NCBI GenBank assembly: GCA_965223545.1
Contig: OZ245006.1
Location: 4,416,001 to 4,480,000, forward strand
Length of the DNA: 64,000 nucleotides
Reading direction: 5' to 3'
Origin: Planctomycetota bacterium
GTDB lineage: Bacteria > Planctomycetota > UBA1135 > UBA2386
Position 1 is the stretch's first letter; each line of letters starts with the position of its first letter. Position numbers and translations under genes: made by a program. The notes below the pieces were generated by a model. That model was not told the DNA's origin. It made no database searches and saw only the letters and a program-made list of their open reading frames with translations. This document shows, in pieces, positions 39,954-50,446 of this stretch.

Positions 39954-41252
39954 CTAGGCGGGCGCCATGAAGCGTGCGCGGTCGGCGGCGCGCGTCAGCG
40001 CGTCTTCGACCGTGATCTGGTTGTCGGCGATCAGCTTGAGCAGGCTGTCGTCCATCAAGTGCGAGCCGGCGCTCTTGTTCATCTGCATCACCATCGGGAT
40101 CTGCCACTCGCGGGCTTCGCGGATGAGATTGGAGATCGCCGCGTTGACGATCATCACCTCGGTGGCCAAGCACCGACCGGTGCCCTCGATGTTGGGTACC
40201 AGCTCCTGGCAGATCACCGCGCGCAGCACGCCGGCGAGCATGGTGCGCACGTGCGCGCGCTTCTCGGCCGGAAACTGGTCGATGATGCGGACCACCGTGC
40301 TGTGCGCGTTGCGCGTGTGCAGCGTGCCGAACACCAAGTGGCCGGTCTCGGCCGCGGTCAACGCGGTGGCGACCGTCTCCGGATCGCGCATCTCGCCGAC
40401 CACGATGACGTCCGGGTCCTCGCGCAGAACCGAGCGCAGCGCGTCGGAGAACGAGCCGTTGACGGTCGACAGATCGCGCTGCGTGACCAGGCCCTGGTCG
40501 CTCTTGAACACGCTCTCGATCGGGTCCTCGAGGGTGATCACGTGCCGCTGCGACGTGCGGTTGACGAGGTCGATCAGTGCGGTCAGCGTGGTCGACTTGC
40601 CCGATCCGGTGGTGCCGGTGATCAGCACCAGCCCGGTCTTGTAGTCCGCCATGCTGCGCAGATTGGCGGGCAGACCGAGCGACTCGGCGGTGGCGACTTC
40701 GCCCGGCAGCACGCGGAACACCGCGCCGATGCCGCCGAAGTGGCGGAAGACGTTGACGCGAAAGCGGCCGATCTCGCCAAGATCGATCGCGGTGTCCACT
40801 GACTTGCGCTCGTAGTAGTTCTCGATGTCGGTCTTCTGCAGCAGGCCGAAGATCATCTCCTGGCACTGCTTCAGATCGAGCGCCACCATCGGCAGCTCGG
40901 ACAGCTTGCCGTTGAGCCGGACCGTGGGCGGCTTGCCAGACGAAAGGTAGAGATCGGAGGCGCCGAGGCGGCGCGCCACCTCGAGGTACTCACGCACACC
41001 GCCCTGCTCCAGATAGCTGCCGAGCTCGCCGCTCGACATCTCGAGCTTCGAGCTCTTGGGGTCCAGGCTCTGGCGTTGCGCCGAGAGCACGCGCTGCAGG
41101 AGCTTCTCGGAGATCAGCCCCTCGTCGAGCAGGATTTTGCCCAGCGGCACCGGCGCGCTGCTCTGCTCCTGGATCTTCAAGCAGCGCCGCAGGTCATCCT
41201 CGGTGATGACGTGGAAGTTGGTCAGGATCTGGCCAAGCAGTCGTTGTTGCAT
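39954..41252 (-). CDS. pilT: PilT/PilU ATPase with N-terminal MshEN-like domain
   Basis: GTTGSGKSTT, EDPIE, GEMRD, AISNLIRE; two LG.IL...(G)LI....L...L..Q repeats at N-terminus. Confidence 0.88.
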   Translation of the reverse strand: MQQRLLGQILTNFHVITEDDLRRCLKIQEQSSAPVPLGKILLDEGLISEKLLQRVLSAQRQSLDPKSSKLEMSSGELGSYLEQGGVREYLEVARRLGASDLYLSSGKPPTVRLNGKLSELPMVALDLKQCQEMIFGLLQKTDIENYYERKSVDTAIDLGEIGRFRVNVFRHFGGIGAVFRVLPGEVATAESLGLPANLRSMADYKTGLVLITGTTGSGKSTTLTALIDLVNRTSQRHVITLEDPIESVFKSDQGLVTQRDLSTVNGSFSDALRSVLREDPDVIVVGEMRDPETVATALTAAETGHLVFGTLHTRNAHSTVVRIIDQFPAEKRAHVRTMLAGVLRAVICQELVPNIEGTGRCLATEVMIVNAAISNLIREAREWQIPMVMQMNKSAGSHLMDDSLLKLIADNQITVEDALTRAADRARFMAPA

Positions 41253-41427
41253 GACGGGCGGCTCGCGTCCGGTCCTCGGTCTTCGCGGGCAGCCCTCACC
41301 AGCTCCCCGTCCTTTCTGATCCTCGGCAATCGCGAGCGGCCGACCGTAGAGCGGACCCAGCAAACCTCGGTGCGCACGGGGTTGGCGTTGCCAATCCAGT
41401 GCTCCAGTCCGAGACTCTCGCACCGCC

Positions 41428-42351
41428 ATGCCCGACTGGATCCTGCACATCGCGGCCGCCCGCTTGGCCGCGCGGCCGCGGCGCGTCTGGGATCCGAGGT
41501 GGCTGTTCTTGGGCGCGGTGCTGCCGGACGCGCTGCCCCGGTGCTTCTCGATGGCGATGCACTACGCACCACCGCTGCGGGAGCTGAGCTCGGTCTGGCT
41601 CGGCCTGTACGTCGCGTTCTTGCACACTCCGGTGTCGGTGGCGTTGTTGGTCGTCGCCCTGGTGGCGATCGCGGCGGACCGGCGTGCGGCGCTCTGTGGC
41701 TTGCTGGTCGGCGCGGCGACGCACTTCCTGTTGGACCTGCTGCAATGCTCCTGGGGTGGCGGCACGAGCCTGCTGTACCCCGTCGATCTGACGCCCTTCA
41801 GCTGGCAGGTCGGCTGGTACGACAGCGGTCCCACCTACGCGGCGCTCGGGTTGGCGACGGTCTACCTGGTGCTGCTGGCGGTGCGGGGCGGCTGGCCGGT
41901 CGACCGCGCGCTCGCGTTCTCGCCGCCGCGCCTCGCGGCCGCCGGCATCGCCGCGGTCGCTTGTCTGGTGCTGCCCCTGGCCACGCTGCAGCGTGCTGCC
42001 GACATGGACCTGGGCAATGCCCAACTCGGGCTCGCACCGGAACGCCTCGTCGGCCGAGCCCTGGCAATCGCGGTCACCCCGGTGCTGCGCGCCGAGGACG
42101 GCGGCTTCGTCATCGATCGGGCCGACCGCGAGTTCCTGGTGCAGGCAGGCGAAGTGGGCGTCGAGGCTGGCGATTTCGTGTCGCTGCGCGGCACCTTCGA
42201 CGGGGAGGTGATCACCGCTTCCGAAGTCTTCGTCCACCGCTACGGTGTCAAGGTCGTCGCGTCACTGCTCGGCGCGGTGTTTCTCATCCTGGTGTGGTGG
42301 CCCGGCCTGCGTTCCCAGTGGAGGGCGCGGGTGGGCCGAGAGGTCCGTTGA
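41428..42351 (+). CDS. Membrane metal-dependent hydrolase (YdjM-like)
   Basis: MPDWILH, GAVLPD, FLHT, THFLLD, LLYP. Confidence 0.7.
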   Translation: MPDWILHIAAARLAARPRRVWDPRWLFLGAVLPDALPRCFSMAMHYAPPLRELSSVWLGLYVAFLHTPVSVALLVVALVAIAADRRAALCGLLVGAATHFLLDLLQCSWGGGTSLLYPVDLTPFSWQVGWYDSGPTYAALGLATVYLVLLAVRGGWPVDRALAFSPPRLAAAGIAAVACLVLPLATLQRAADMDLGNAQLGLAPERLVGRALAIAVTPVLRAEDGGFVIDRADREFLVQAGEVGVEAGDFVSLRGTFDGEVITASEVFVHRYGVKVVASLLGAVFLILVWWPGLRSQWRARVGREVR

Positions 42352-42352
42352 G

Positions 42353-43192
42353 ATGGAACGAGAGGATTCTCCGTCGGCAGAAACGGCCGAGGCATGGCTG
42401 CACGATGCCGTCGAGGCCTTCGAGACCGGCGATGTCGAGCGCGCCGAGCGACTGGCGGCGGAGCTGGTCGGCCGGTGTCGAAGTCGTCCGGAGCACGCCG
42501 ACGTCGTGCGCGAAGCCGAGACGCTACTGCTCGGCGTCGACATCGAGCTGCGCCGCGACGACGCGGCGCTGGCCCGGATCGAGGCGATGCGGGCGGCCGC
42601 GGGCACCGACGACCACGTCGATCTGCTCGAGGGTCGATTGCAGATGATGCGCTGGCAGATCGACGCCGCCGCGTCGACCTTCGACGCGATCGACGACGAC
42701 TCCGAGCTCGCCGCCGACGTCTACTACCACCGGGCCATCATCGCCGAGTTGCGCGGTGATCTCACGCTCGCCGATCGGCATTACGAGCGCGCGACCGCTC
42801 TGGACGCGGACGCCTGCCCCGCACCGGTGCGCATGCCCGATGACGAGGCGCTGGGGATGTTGCGGGAGATCGTCGCTGCGTTTCCGCCGGACTTGGCGGC
42901 GGCGCTCGACAACGTTTCGATCGAGCTCGCGCCGATGCCGGACGCGGCGATCGATGGCGGACCGGATACGGACCCGCTCGTCTTGGGGCTGTATGCGGGC
43001 GCGCCGATCGGCGAGTCGGTGGACGCGCCGTTGTCGATGCCGGGCTCGGTGCGGATCTTCAAGCGCAACATCGAGCGCGTCGCCGCCGACCGCGAGGCCC
43101 TTTTGGAGGAGCTGCGCATCACCCTGCTGCACGAAGTCGGCCACCACTTGGGCTGGGACGAGGATGACCTCGAGGCGCGCGGGCTGGCATGA
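42353..43192 (+). CDS. TPR plus minimal zincin metallopeptidase
   Basis: LGLYAG, IFKRNI, ITLLHEVGHHLG. Confidence 0.88.
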   Translation: MEREDSPSAETAEAWLHDAVEAFETGDVERAERLAAELVGRCRSRPEHADVVREAETLLLGVDIELRRDDAALARIEAMRAAAGTDDHVDLLEGRLQMMRWQIDAAASTFDAIDDDSELAADVYYHRAIIAELRGDLTLADRHYERATALDADACPAPVRMPDDEALGMLREIVAAFPPDLAAALDNVSIELAPMPDAAIDGGPDTDPLVLGLYAGAPIGESVDAPLSMPGSVRIFKRNIERVAADREALLEELRITLLHEVGHHLGWDEDDLEARGLA

Positions 43193-43394
43193 GCCTCAGG
43201 GTCCGCGAATCTTCGCGCGGCGACAACCTTTCGGAAGGCTCGATGCCGCTCGAACTTCGACAACGCAGCTCCCGGAGGCTCGAAGACAACACTGGCCTCT
43301 GGGCTCAGCGCGGCCGCCGGCGACCGCGGGACTTGCGACCGACGCTCGGGTCGCGGAACGCTCTGTGTTTGGTTGCGGCCTCGGCCGCGCTGAG
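43190..43394 (-). mobile_element. ~200-bp CTCA element, inverted copy close to copy 1
   Basis: Reverse complement aligns end to end with 8600-8805; TGAG at 43190 (includes the zincin stop codon) and 43391. Confidence 0.88.
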
Positions 43395-43458
43395 CCCACT
43401 TTCGGCGGGCAAAACGACGATGATAGGATGACTGCCGTTCCAGCCCCGCCCGAGCGTC

Positions 43459-46400
43459 TTGTCCGTCGATCACGGTTCCGACTTCCCCGGTTCTGACCGC
43501 CCCGTGGCCAGCGCCGCGCATCGCCGTTTGCGCGTCGCGTCGAGGCTGGTCCTGCTCGGTGTGCTCGCCGGCGCCCCGATGGCGCAGGAGCCCGTCGACG
43601 AGGAATACTACGAACGTCGCGTGCGTCCCCTGCTGGCCGAGCGGTGCGTGCGCTGCCATGGCGAGGCCAAGCAGAAGTCGCGGTTGCGCGTCGATTCCAT
43701 CGACGCGTTGCTGGCCGGCGGTGAGCGCGGGCCGGCGCTTGCGCCGCACGATGCCGAAGGCAGTCGCTTGGTGCAGGTCGTGCGCTATGGCGACGAGCTG
43801 CAGATGCCGCCGCGCGGCAAGCTCGCGCCGGACGAGATCGAGACGATCGAGCGCTGGGTCGCCGCCGGCGCGCCCGGGCCGCGCGGAGTCGGCGAGTTGG
43901 CGGCGAAGCCGCAGTTCGACTTGCAGCAACGCCGGCGAGAGCACTGGGCCTTCGCGCCGATCCAGGATCCACCGGTGCCGGCGTCGAGCACCGGCTGGGT
44001 CCGGGACCCGGTCGACGCGTTCGTCGAGCGCGCCTTGCAGCGGGCGGAGCTCGCCCCGGCGGCGCCGGCCGATCGCGCGACGCTGTTGCGCCGCGCGTGG
44101 TTCGACGTGGTCGGCTTGCCGCCGCCGGTCGAAGCGCTGGAACGGTTCCTCGCCGACCAGAGCGCGCACGCGTGGCGCGCCGCCGTCGACGAGCTGCTCG
44201 CGATGCCGCAGTTCGGCGAGCGCTGGGCGCGGCACTGGCTCGACCTGATGCGCTACGGCGAGAGCCGCGGCCACGAGTTCGACTACATCCTGCCCAACGC
44301 GTACCAGTATCGCGACTACGTCGTGCGCGCGCTCAACGACGACGTCGGCTACGACCAGTTCTTGGTCGAACACGTGGCGGGCGATCTGCTCGACGAGCCC
44401 CGGTTGAACCCGGAGACCGGCGCCAACGAATCGGTGCTGGCGACCGGCTTCTGGTATCTCGGCGAGGAAGTGCACTCGCCGGTGGATCCGCGCGCCGACG
44501 AGGCGGACCGCATCGACAACAAGATCGACGTCTTCTCCAAGGCGTTCTTGGGGCTGACAGTGGCGTGTGCCCGCTGCCACGACCACAAGTTCGACGCGAT
44601 CTCGACGCGCGACTACTACGCGCTATCGGGATACCTGCTCAGCTCGAGCTACCGCCAGGTGCGGTTCGAGAGCATGCCGCACAACGGATCCGTGGCGGCG
44701 GAGCTGGAGGCACTCGAGCGCGAGCACCGCGGCGATGTCATGGCCGCGGTCGCAGCGGCGATGCGCAACCCGACGCGTGACGCGGCGGACTACCTGCTCG
44801 CGGCCGGCGCGGTGTCGGTGCCGGGTCCGGGCGCCGGCGGATCGGTCTCGGCCGACCGCGGCGTGCCGGTTGGAAACGCGCCTCCGCTGGCGTTCGACGT
44901 CGTCTTCGAGGACTTCGAGCAGCCGCTGCGCGAACGGGGTTGGCACGTCGAGGGCACCGCGTTCGGCGAGGGGGCGACGCCGATCCAAGAGCTGGCCCCG
45001 CACGTGCGTGGTGTGAAGGCGCGCGGCGAGGGCGTGGCGCACGGGCACGGCGCCGTGCCGGTGGGTAGCTCGGCGGAGCGCGATCGCCACGTCGGCCGGC
45101 TGCTGAGTCCCGCGTTCCGCATCGACCGCGATTACGTGCACCTGCTGGTGGGCGGCGGTGAGCATCCCGGACTGGCCTGCGTCAACGTCCTCGTCGACGG
45201 CGCGCCGGTTGCCACGGTGACCGGGCACAACGCTACCCGCATGCGCCCGGCACGCCTCGATCTGCGGACCTGGCGCGGCCGTGAGGCGCGCATCGAGATC
45301 GTCGATCGCGCGATCTTCGGCTGGGGTCACATCAGCGTCGATCAGATCGTGTTCGCCGACGAGTCGAGGGCGACGGCGCTCGATGCCACGCTTGCGCTCG
45401 CCGACGGCGTGGCGTGGAGCGCGGCGGCCAGCGAGGTCGCCGCGCAGCGCGGCTTGGACCCGCGGCGGCTGGCGGCCTGGGTGGGTGCGCTCTGGCAGGC
45501 CGAGCGCGACCCGGCGCACCCCCTGCGGGCGTGGGTTGCCGACGCCGTGGGGCCGCGGCCGGCGTCGGCCCAGCCGTCGCGTTCCGCGCGCGCCGGCACC
45601 CGCACGGTCGTCGACTACGGCGCGTTGCCGCGCGGCCACTGGCTGCAGGACGGCTACACGTTCGGCCCCGGGCCCAAGCGGGCCGGCGACCCGCGCTGGT
45701 CGACGGACCCCGCGGCCCCGCTGCGCGGCATCGTCGCGGTGGCGGCGGCGGAGCAGGACCCCGCTTGGCAGGGCCTGCGGCTGGCGCCGAATGCCGACAG
45801 GCCGCCGGGCGAGTGGCATTGGGTGCAGTCGGGGCGGATGCTGCGCACGCCGACCTTCGTCATCGACGGCGACAAGCTCGCCTACCGCGTGCGCGGCGCC
45901 GGCCACGCGGCGGTGATCGTCGACGGCCACCGCATGTTCGCCGGACCACTGCACGTCGAGCTGCTGCGCGATTGGCCCGACGCGGCCGGCTATCGGTGGG
46001 TCGAGCACGACGTCGCCGCCTACCGCGGGCACCGGGCGTACGTCGAGTTCAGCCCTTCGTCGGACGAGTCTTCGCACGCTCTGTTCATCGCCGAGGTCGT
46101 CTGTGGGGACGGTGCCCCTGCCGAGCGGGTGGAGGACAACCTCTGGTCGCCGGCACTGCTGGCGGGCAATCCGTCGCGGGCCGAGCTCGCCCGGCGCTAC
46201 GCCGAACGGTGGCGCGAGGCGGTCGAGGCGCTCGGTCGCGATCGACTCGCGGACGCCGGAGAGGCGGTGGTCGGCATGGCGGCGTGGATGTGCGGCGCGG
46301 AGGGCTTGTTTGCCCCGGACGCGCCGTCTCGGCAGGCCTTGGTGGCGCGGAGTCGGGAGTTCTGCGCGCGGCGCGCGGCGTTGATCGACTCGATCCAGCG

Positions 46401-47430
46401 GGAGTCGCACACCGCGATCGCGGTGTTGGATGGCACGGGCATCGACGAGCACGTGTTGATTCGCGGCGATGCGGGTTCGCCGGGCGAGCTCGTGCCACGC
46501 CGCTCGCTCGAGGCGTTCGGCGGTGCCGCTGCGGTGCCGCGCGAGACCGGCAGCGGGCGCCTGGAGCTAGCGCGCAGCTTGGTCGAACCCAAGAACCCGC
46601 TCGTCGCGCGGGTCGCGGTCAACCGAGTCTGGCACCACCTGTTCGGCCGGGGGCTGGTGCCTTCGGTCGACAACTTCGGCGTGCTCGGCGTAGAGTGCTC
46701 TCATCCCGAGTTGTTGGACCATCTGGCTCAGCGCTTCGTGCGCGACGGCTGGTCGATCCGCCGCCTGCTGCGCCGGCTGCTGTTGTCGTCGACGTATCGG
46801 ATGGCGTCCACGGCGAATGCCGACGCCGAGCGTGTCGATCCGACCAACCGCTTGCTGCACCGCGCCAACGTCCGGCGCCTGAGCGCGGAGGCGATTCGCG
46901 ATGCGATGCTGGCGGTGTCGGGTTCGTTGAGTGACGAGATGGGGGGCAAGAGCGTGCCGCTGCACCTGACGCCCTTCATGGACGGGCGCGGCCGGCCCGA
47001 GAGCGGGCCGCTCGACGGCGAGGGGCGTCGCAGCTTGTACCTGGCCGTGCGCCGCAACTTTCTGTCGCCGATGTTCCTGGCGTTCGACTTCCCGATTCCG
47101 TTCACTGCCCGCGGGCGCCGGGATGTCACCAACGTGCCCGCTCAGGCTCTGACGCTGATGAACAGCCCGCTGGTGACCGAGCTGGCGGCGCGTTGGGCGG
47201 CGCGCGCGGAGGCGGCGCCGGTGGACGAAGCGGCGCGCATCCGGATGCTGTATCGCCAGGCGTTGTCGCGCGCGCCCACGCAGCGGGAGTCGGCGGCGGC
47301 GCGGCGGTTTCTCGCGCAACAGCGCGCGGCCCGCGCCGCGGCGGACCCCGATGGCGATGCGCCCTCATCGCCGTGGCCCGACCTGTGCCACGTGTTGTTC
47401 AACCTGAAGGACTTCATCTACGTTCGCTGA
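43459..47430 (+). CDS. Planctomycete cytochrome c / DUF1549 / DUF1553 (PSD1) protein
   Basis: CVRCH, HWAF, GERWARHWLD, CARCHDHKFD, NRVWHHLFGRG, QALTLMN. Confidence 0.93.
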   Translation: MSVDHGSDFPGSDRPVASAAHRRLRVASRLVLLGVLAGAPMAQEPVDEEYYERRVRPLLAERCVRCHGEAKQKSRLRVDSIDALLAGGERGPALAPHDAEGSRLVQVVRYGDELQMPPRGKLAPDEIETIERWVAAGAPGPRGVGELAAKPQFDLQQRRREHWAFAPIQDPPVPASSTGWVRDPVDAFVERALQRAELAPAAPADRATLLRRAWFDVVGLPPPVEALERFLADQSAHAWRAAVDELLAMPQFGERWARHWLDLMRYGESRGHEFDYILPNAYQYRDYVVRALNDDVGYDQFLVEHVAGDLLDEPRLNPETGANESVLATGFWYLGEEVHSPVDPRADEADRIDNKIDVFSKAFLGLTVACARCHDHKFDAISTRDYYALSGYLLSSSYRQVRFESMPHNGSVAAELEALEREHRGDVMAAVAAAMRNPTRDAADYLLAAGAVSVPGPGAGGSVSADRGVPVGNAPPLAFDVVFEDFEQPLRERGWHVEGTAFGEGATPIQELAPHVRGVKARGEGVAHGHGAVPVGSSAERDRHVGRLLSPAFRIDRDYVHLLVGGGEHPGLACVNVLVDGAPVATVTGHNATRMRPARLDLRTWRGREARIEIVDRAIFGWGHISVDQIVFADESRATALDATLALADGVAWSAAASEVAAQRGLDPRRLAAWVGALWQAERDPAHPLRAWVADAVGPRPASAQPSRSARAGTRTVVDYGALPRGHWLQDGYTFGPGPKRAGDPRWSTDPAAPLRGIVAVAAAEQDPAWQGLRLAPNADRPPGEWHWVQSGRMLRTPTFVIDGDKLAYRVRGAGHAAVIVDGHRMFAGPLHVELLRDWPDAAGYRWVEHDVAAYRGHRAYVEFSPSSDESSHALFIAEVVCGDGAPAERVEDNLWSPALLAGNPSRAELARRYAERWREAVEALGRDRLADAGEAVVGMAAWMCGAEGLFAPDAPSRQALVARSREFCARRAALIDSIQRESHTAIAVLDGTGIDEHVLIRGDAGSPGELVPRRSLEAFGGAAAVPRETGSGRLELARSLVEPKNPLVARVAVNRVWHHLFGRGLVPSVDNFGVLGVECSHPELLDHLAQRFVRDGWSIRRLLRRLLLSSTYRMASTANADAERVDPTNRLLHRANVRRLSAEAIRDAMLAVSGSLSDEMGGKSVPLHLTPFMDGRGRPESGPLDGEGRRSLYLAVRRNFLSPMFLAFDFPIPFTARGRRDVTNVPAQALTLMNSPLVTELAARWAARAEAAPVDEAARIRMLYRQALSRAPTQRESAAARRFLAQQRAARAAADPDGDAPSSPWPDLCHVLFNLKDFIYVR

Positions 47431-47437
47431 CGACCGC

Positions 47438-48862
47438 ATGCCGCGCTCCGATTTCGAACCACCGCCCGGCGACCGCGTCTTGTGGACGCGGCGCCAGATG
47501 CTACAGCGGGTCACCAATGGCTTCGGTGCGCTGGCGCTCGGCGGGATCCTGGCCGAGGAGAGTCGGGCGGGCGTGGGCGGCGGCCGGGCGCCGCACTTTC
47601 GGCCGCGCGCGAACAGCGTGATCTTCCTCTACATGGATGGTGCGCCGTCGCAGGTGGACACCTTCGATCCAAAGCCGCGGCTCGAGAAGGAGAACGGCCA
47701 GCCGATCGGCATCGACGTGCCGCCGACCCAGTTCGACGACGTCGGCGGGGTGCTGATGTCGCCGTGGAAGTTCCGCCAGCACGGTGAGAGTGGACTGTGG
47801 GTCAGCGATCTGTTTCCGAACCTCGCCCGCTGCGTGGACAAGCTGGCGATGATCCACTCGATGGTGTCCAAGTTCCCCGAGCACACCAACGCCAACTACT
47901 TCTTGCACACTGGCCACGGCCAGCAGGGGCGGCCGAGCTTGGGGTCGTGGTTGACCTACGGCCTGGGCAGCGCGTCGCGGCAGCTGCCGGGGTTCGTCGT
48001 GCTCAACGGCGGGCTGATCCCGCCGGGCGGACTCGACAACTTCAACAGCGGCTTCTTGCCGGCGGCGTTCCAGGGGTCGGTCTTCCGCGGCGAAGGCGAG
48101 CCGGTGGCCAACATTCGTCCCCGCGAGGCGACGCCGGAGCTGCAGCGCAACAAGCTGGCGTTGTTGGACGAGCTCGATCGAGAGGGGTTGGAGCAGCGCG
48201 GCAGCCACGACGCGCTGGAGGCGGCGATCCACAACTACGAGCTGGCGTTTCGCATGCAGGCGGCCGTGCCCGAGCTGGTCGACCTGCGCGGCGAGTCGGC
48301 GGCGACGCGCCGCCACTACGGCCTCGAGGATGCGTATGCTCCGACCCGCACCTACGGCACGCTGTGTTTGTTGGCGCGTCGGTTGGTGGAGCGCGGCGTG
48401 CGGTTCGTCGAGGTGACCTGTCCCAAGCTGGCGGCCGACCGCTGGGACCAGCACTCCAACCTGCGCGCCGGACACCTGCGCAACGCGCGGGCGGTCGATC
48501 AACCGATCGCCGCTTTGTTGACCGATCTGCAGGCGCGCGGGTTGCTCGATTCGACCGTCGTGGTGTGGGGCGGCGAGTTCGGCCGGACCCCGATGGCGCA
48601 GGGACGCGATGGCCGCGACCACAACCCGCACGGCTTCACCATGTGGTTGGCGGGCGGCGGAGTGCGCGGCGGGGTCCGCTACGGAGCCACCGATGACTAC
48701 GGCTACTTCGCGGTGGAGAACAAGGTCGAGATCCACGACCTGCACGCCACGCTGATGCACCTTCTCGGCATCGACCACGAGCGGTTGACCTACCGCTTCA
48801 GCGGCCGTGACATGCGGCTGACCGACGTCCACGGCCACGTGCTCACCGATCTGCTCGCGTAG
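47438..48862 (+). CDS. DUF1501 domain protein (Tat-like signal)
   Basis: TRRQML, GAPSQVDTFDPKP, ARRLVERGVRFV, GEFGRTP, GRDHNP. Confidence 0.93.
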   Translation: MPRSDFEPPPGDRVLWTRRQMLQRVTNGFGALALGGILAEESRAGVGGGRAPHFRPRANSVIFLYMDGAPSQVDTFDPKPRLEKENGQPIGIDVPPTQFDDVGGVLMSPWKFRQHGESGLWVSDLFPNLARCVDKLAMIHSMVSKFPEHTNANYFLHTGHGQQGRPSLGSWLTYGLGSASRQLPGFVVLNGGLIPPGGLDNFNSGFLPAAFQGSVFRGEGEPVANIRPREATPELQRNKLALLDELDREGLEQRGSHDALEAAIHNYELAFRMQAAVPELVDLRGESAATRRHYGLEDAYAPTRTYGTLCLLARRLVERGVRFVEVTCPKLAADRWDQHSNLRAGHLRNARAVDQPIAALLTDLQARGLLDSTVVVWGGEFGRTPMAQGRDGRDHNPHGFTMWLAGGGVRGGVRYGATDDYGYFAVENKVEIHDLHATLMHLLGIDHERLTYRFSGRDMRLTDVHGHVLTDLLA

Positions 48863-49042
48863 GCGGGCCCCCTCGGCGTCGGCAATCCTTCCGTGGCGGC
48901 CTTCCGTGGCGGGGATTTCCCGGTGGCGCCGGGCCGTTACGGAGCGGCGGGCCGTCAGCTAGGATACCGAGTCCTGCCCATCCTCCAGCAAGAGGTGGCC
49001 CCCCTGAGTCCCCTGGGATCTGCCGCCGAGGAAACGCACCGC

Positions 49043-50446
49043 ATGAATGCAGCCTTCAAGTCTGTCTCTCTGTCCATCGTGGGCGCAGTTGTCGCCGTGG
49101 CCGGAGCCACCGCGCAAAGCTCGTTGCACATGGAGAAGATCTCCACGGTGCCGTTCGCGCCGTGCTCGGTCGGCGACATCTGGGCGATGGGCGACACGAT
49201 GCTCGTCGCGCGTCGATGGGCCGGCTTCTCACTGGTCGACGTCAGCGACCCAGCCAACCCGGTCAGCACGGACGTGACGCCGCCCGGCTATCCCGTCTTC
49301 CAGAGCAGCTACGGCGTTGGCGACATCAAGTCGGATGGTCGCTACGTCTACGCCACCGACGAGGCCACCGGCGAAGGCCTGTTCATCTACGACGCGCAGG
49401 ACCCCAAGAACCCGGTCCTGGTCAGCACGCTGGGCCGGATCGGGTTCCGCAGCAGCTGCCACAACTGCTGGGTCGACGTCGAGGCCAAGACGCTCTACAC
49501 GACCACCGGCGACGTCTACGACGTCAGCAACCCGGCCAGTCCGCGTTGGCTGTCGCGCATCGCCTCCGGTCACGACGTGGTCGTGATCAACGGCCGTGCG
49601 TACGTGTCGGAGTGGAGTTCGGGAATCGGCATCTACGACGTCTCCACGCCGATGGTGCCGCGCCGCATCGGCAGCCAGAACTACTCCAACTCGGCGACCC
49701 ACAACATGTGGCCGTCGAAGGATGGCCGCCACCTGTTCACCACCGACGAGAACCTCGTCGGCAGCACCGGCGGCTCGGTGCGGGTCTGGGACATCTCCAA
49801 CCTGTCCAGCATGACGCAGGTGGGCTCCTACAAGACGGGTGCCACCGGGTCGGTGGTGCACAACGTGCACGTGCACGGCGACCTGTTGTACGTGTCGTAC
49901 TACAAGGAAGGCGTCCGCGTGGTGGACATCTCCAACCCGGCGACGCCAGTGGAGATCGCGCACTTCGACACGTTCGTCGGCAACGGGGGCGGGTGTTTCC
50001 TGGCACAGAACGGTTGGGGCGCCGAGTACGCCGGCATCTGGGGCGTCTACCCGTTCGGCCTCGACAAGGTGCTGGTCAGCGACATGGAGCAAGGGGCACA
50101 CATCCTGCGCCTGCGCGTCATCGACCAGACTTTCAGCGTGACGCCCTCGCCGGTGCAGCCGGGCACTGCACTCCAGCTCAACCTCAGCTATCAGAACGTG
50201 TCGTCCACTCCGTTGCCGGGCTTCGGCATCGCCCTGCTCAGCGGCATCAACGGCGTGCCGGCGGCGCTGCCCCTGATCATCGACCTCGCCAACGTGGCGC
50301 CGTCGCAGACCGTCAACAAGACGCTCAACATCCCGGTGCCGCTCGGTCTGCCGTCCGGCCTGACGATCGACTTCACCGGGTTCTCCGGATTGTCGTCGCC
50401 GCTGACCGTGACCGAGACCATTCCGGTGCAGGTCACCGTCCAGTAG
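49043..50446 (+). CDS. Secreted LVIVD-repeat (choice-of-anchor-B-like) protein
   Basis: DVS.P.NP repeats, HN motifs, GIWGVYPF; signal peptide. Confidence 0.8.
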   Translation: MNAAFKSVSLSIVGAVVAVAGATAQSSLHMEKISTVPFAPCSVGDIWAMGDTMLVARRWAGFSLVDVSDPANPVSTDVTPPGYPVFQSSYGVGDIKSDGRYVYATDEATGEGLFIYDAQDPKNPVLVSTLGRIGFRSSCHNCWVDVEAKTLYTTTGDVYDVSNPASPRWLSRIASGHDVVVINGRAYVSEWSSGIGIYDVSTPMVPRRIGSQNYSNSATHNMWPSKDGRHLFTTDENLVGSTGGSVRVWDISNLSSMTQVGSYKTGATGSVVHNVHVHGDLLYVSYYKEGVRVVDISNPATPVEIAHFDTFVGNGGGCFLAQNGWGAEYAGIWGVYPFGLDKVLVSDMEQGAHILRLRVIDQTFSVTPSPVQPGTALQLNLSYQNVSSTPLPGFGIALLSGINGVPAALPLIIDLANVAPSQTVNKTLNIPVPLGLPSGLTIDFTGFSGLSSPLTVTETIPVQVTVQ

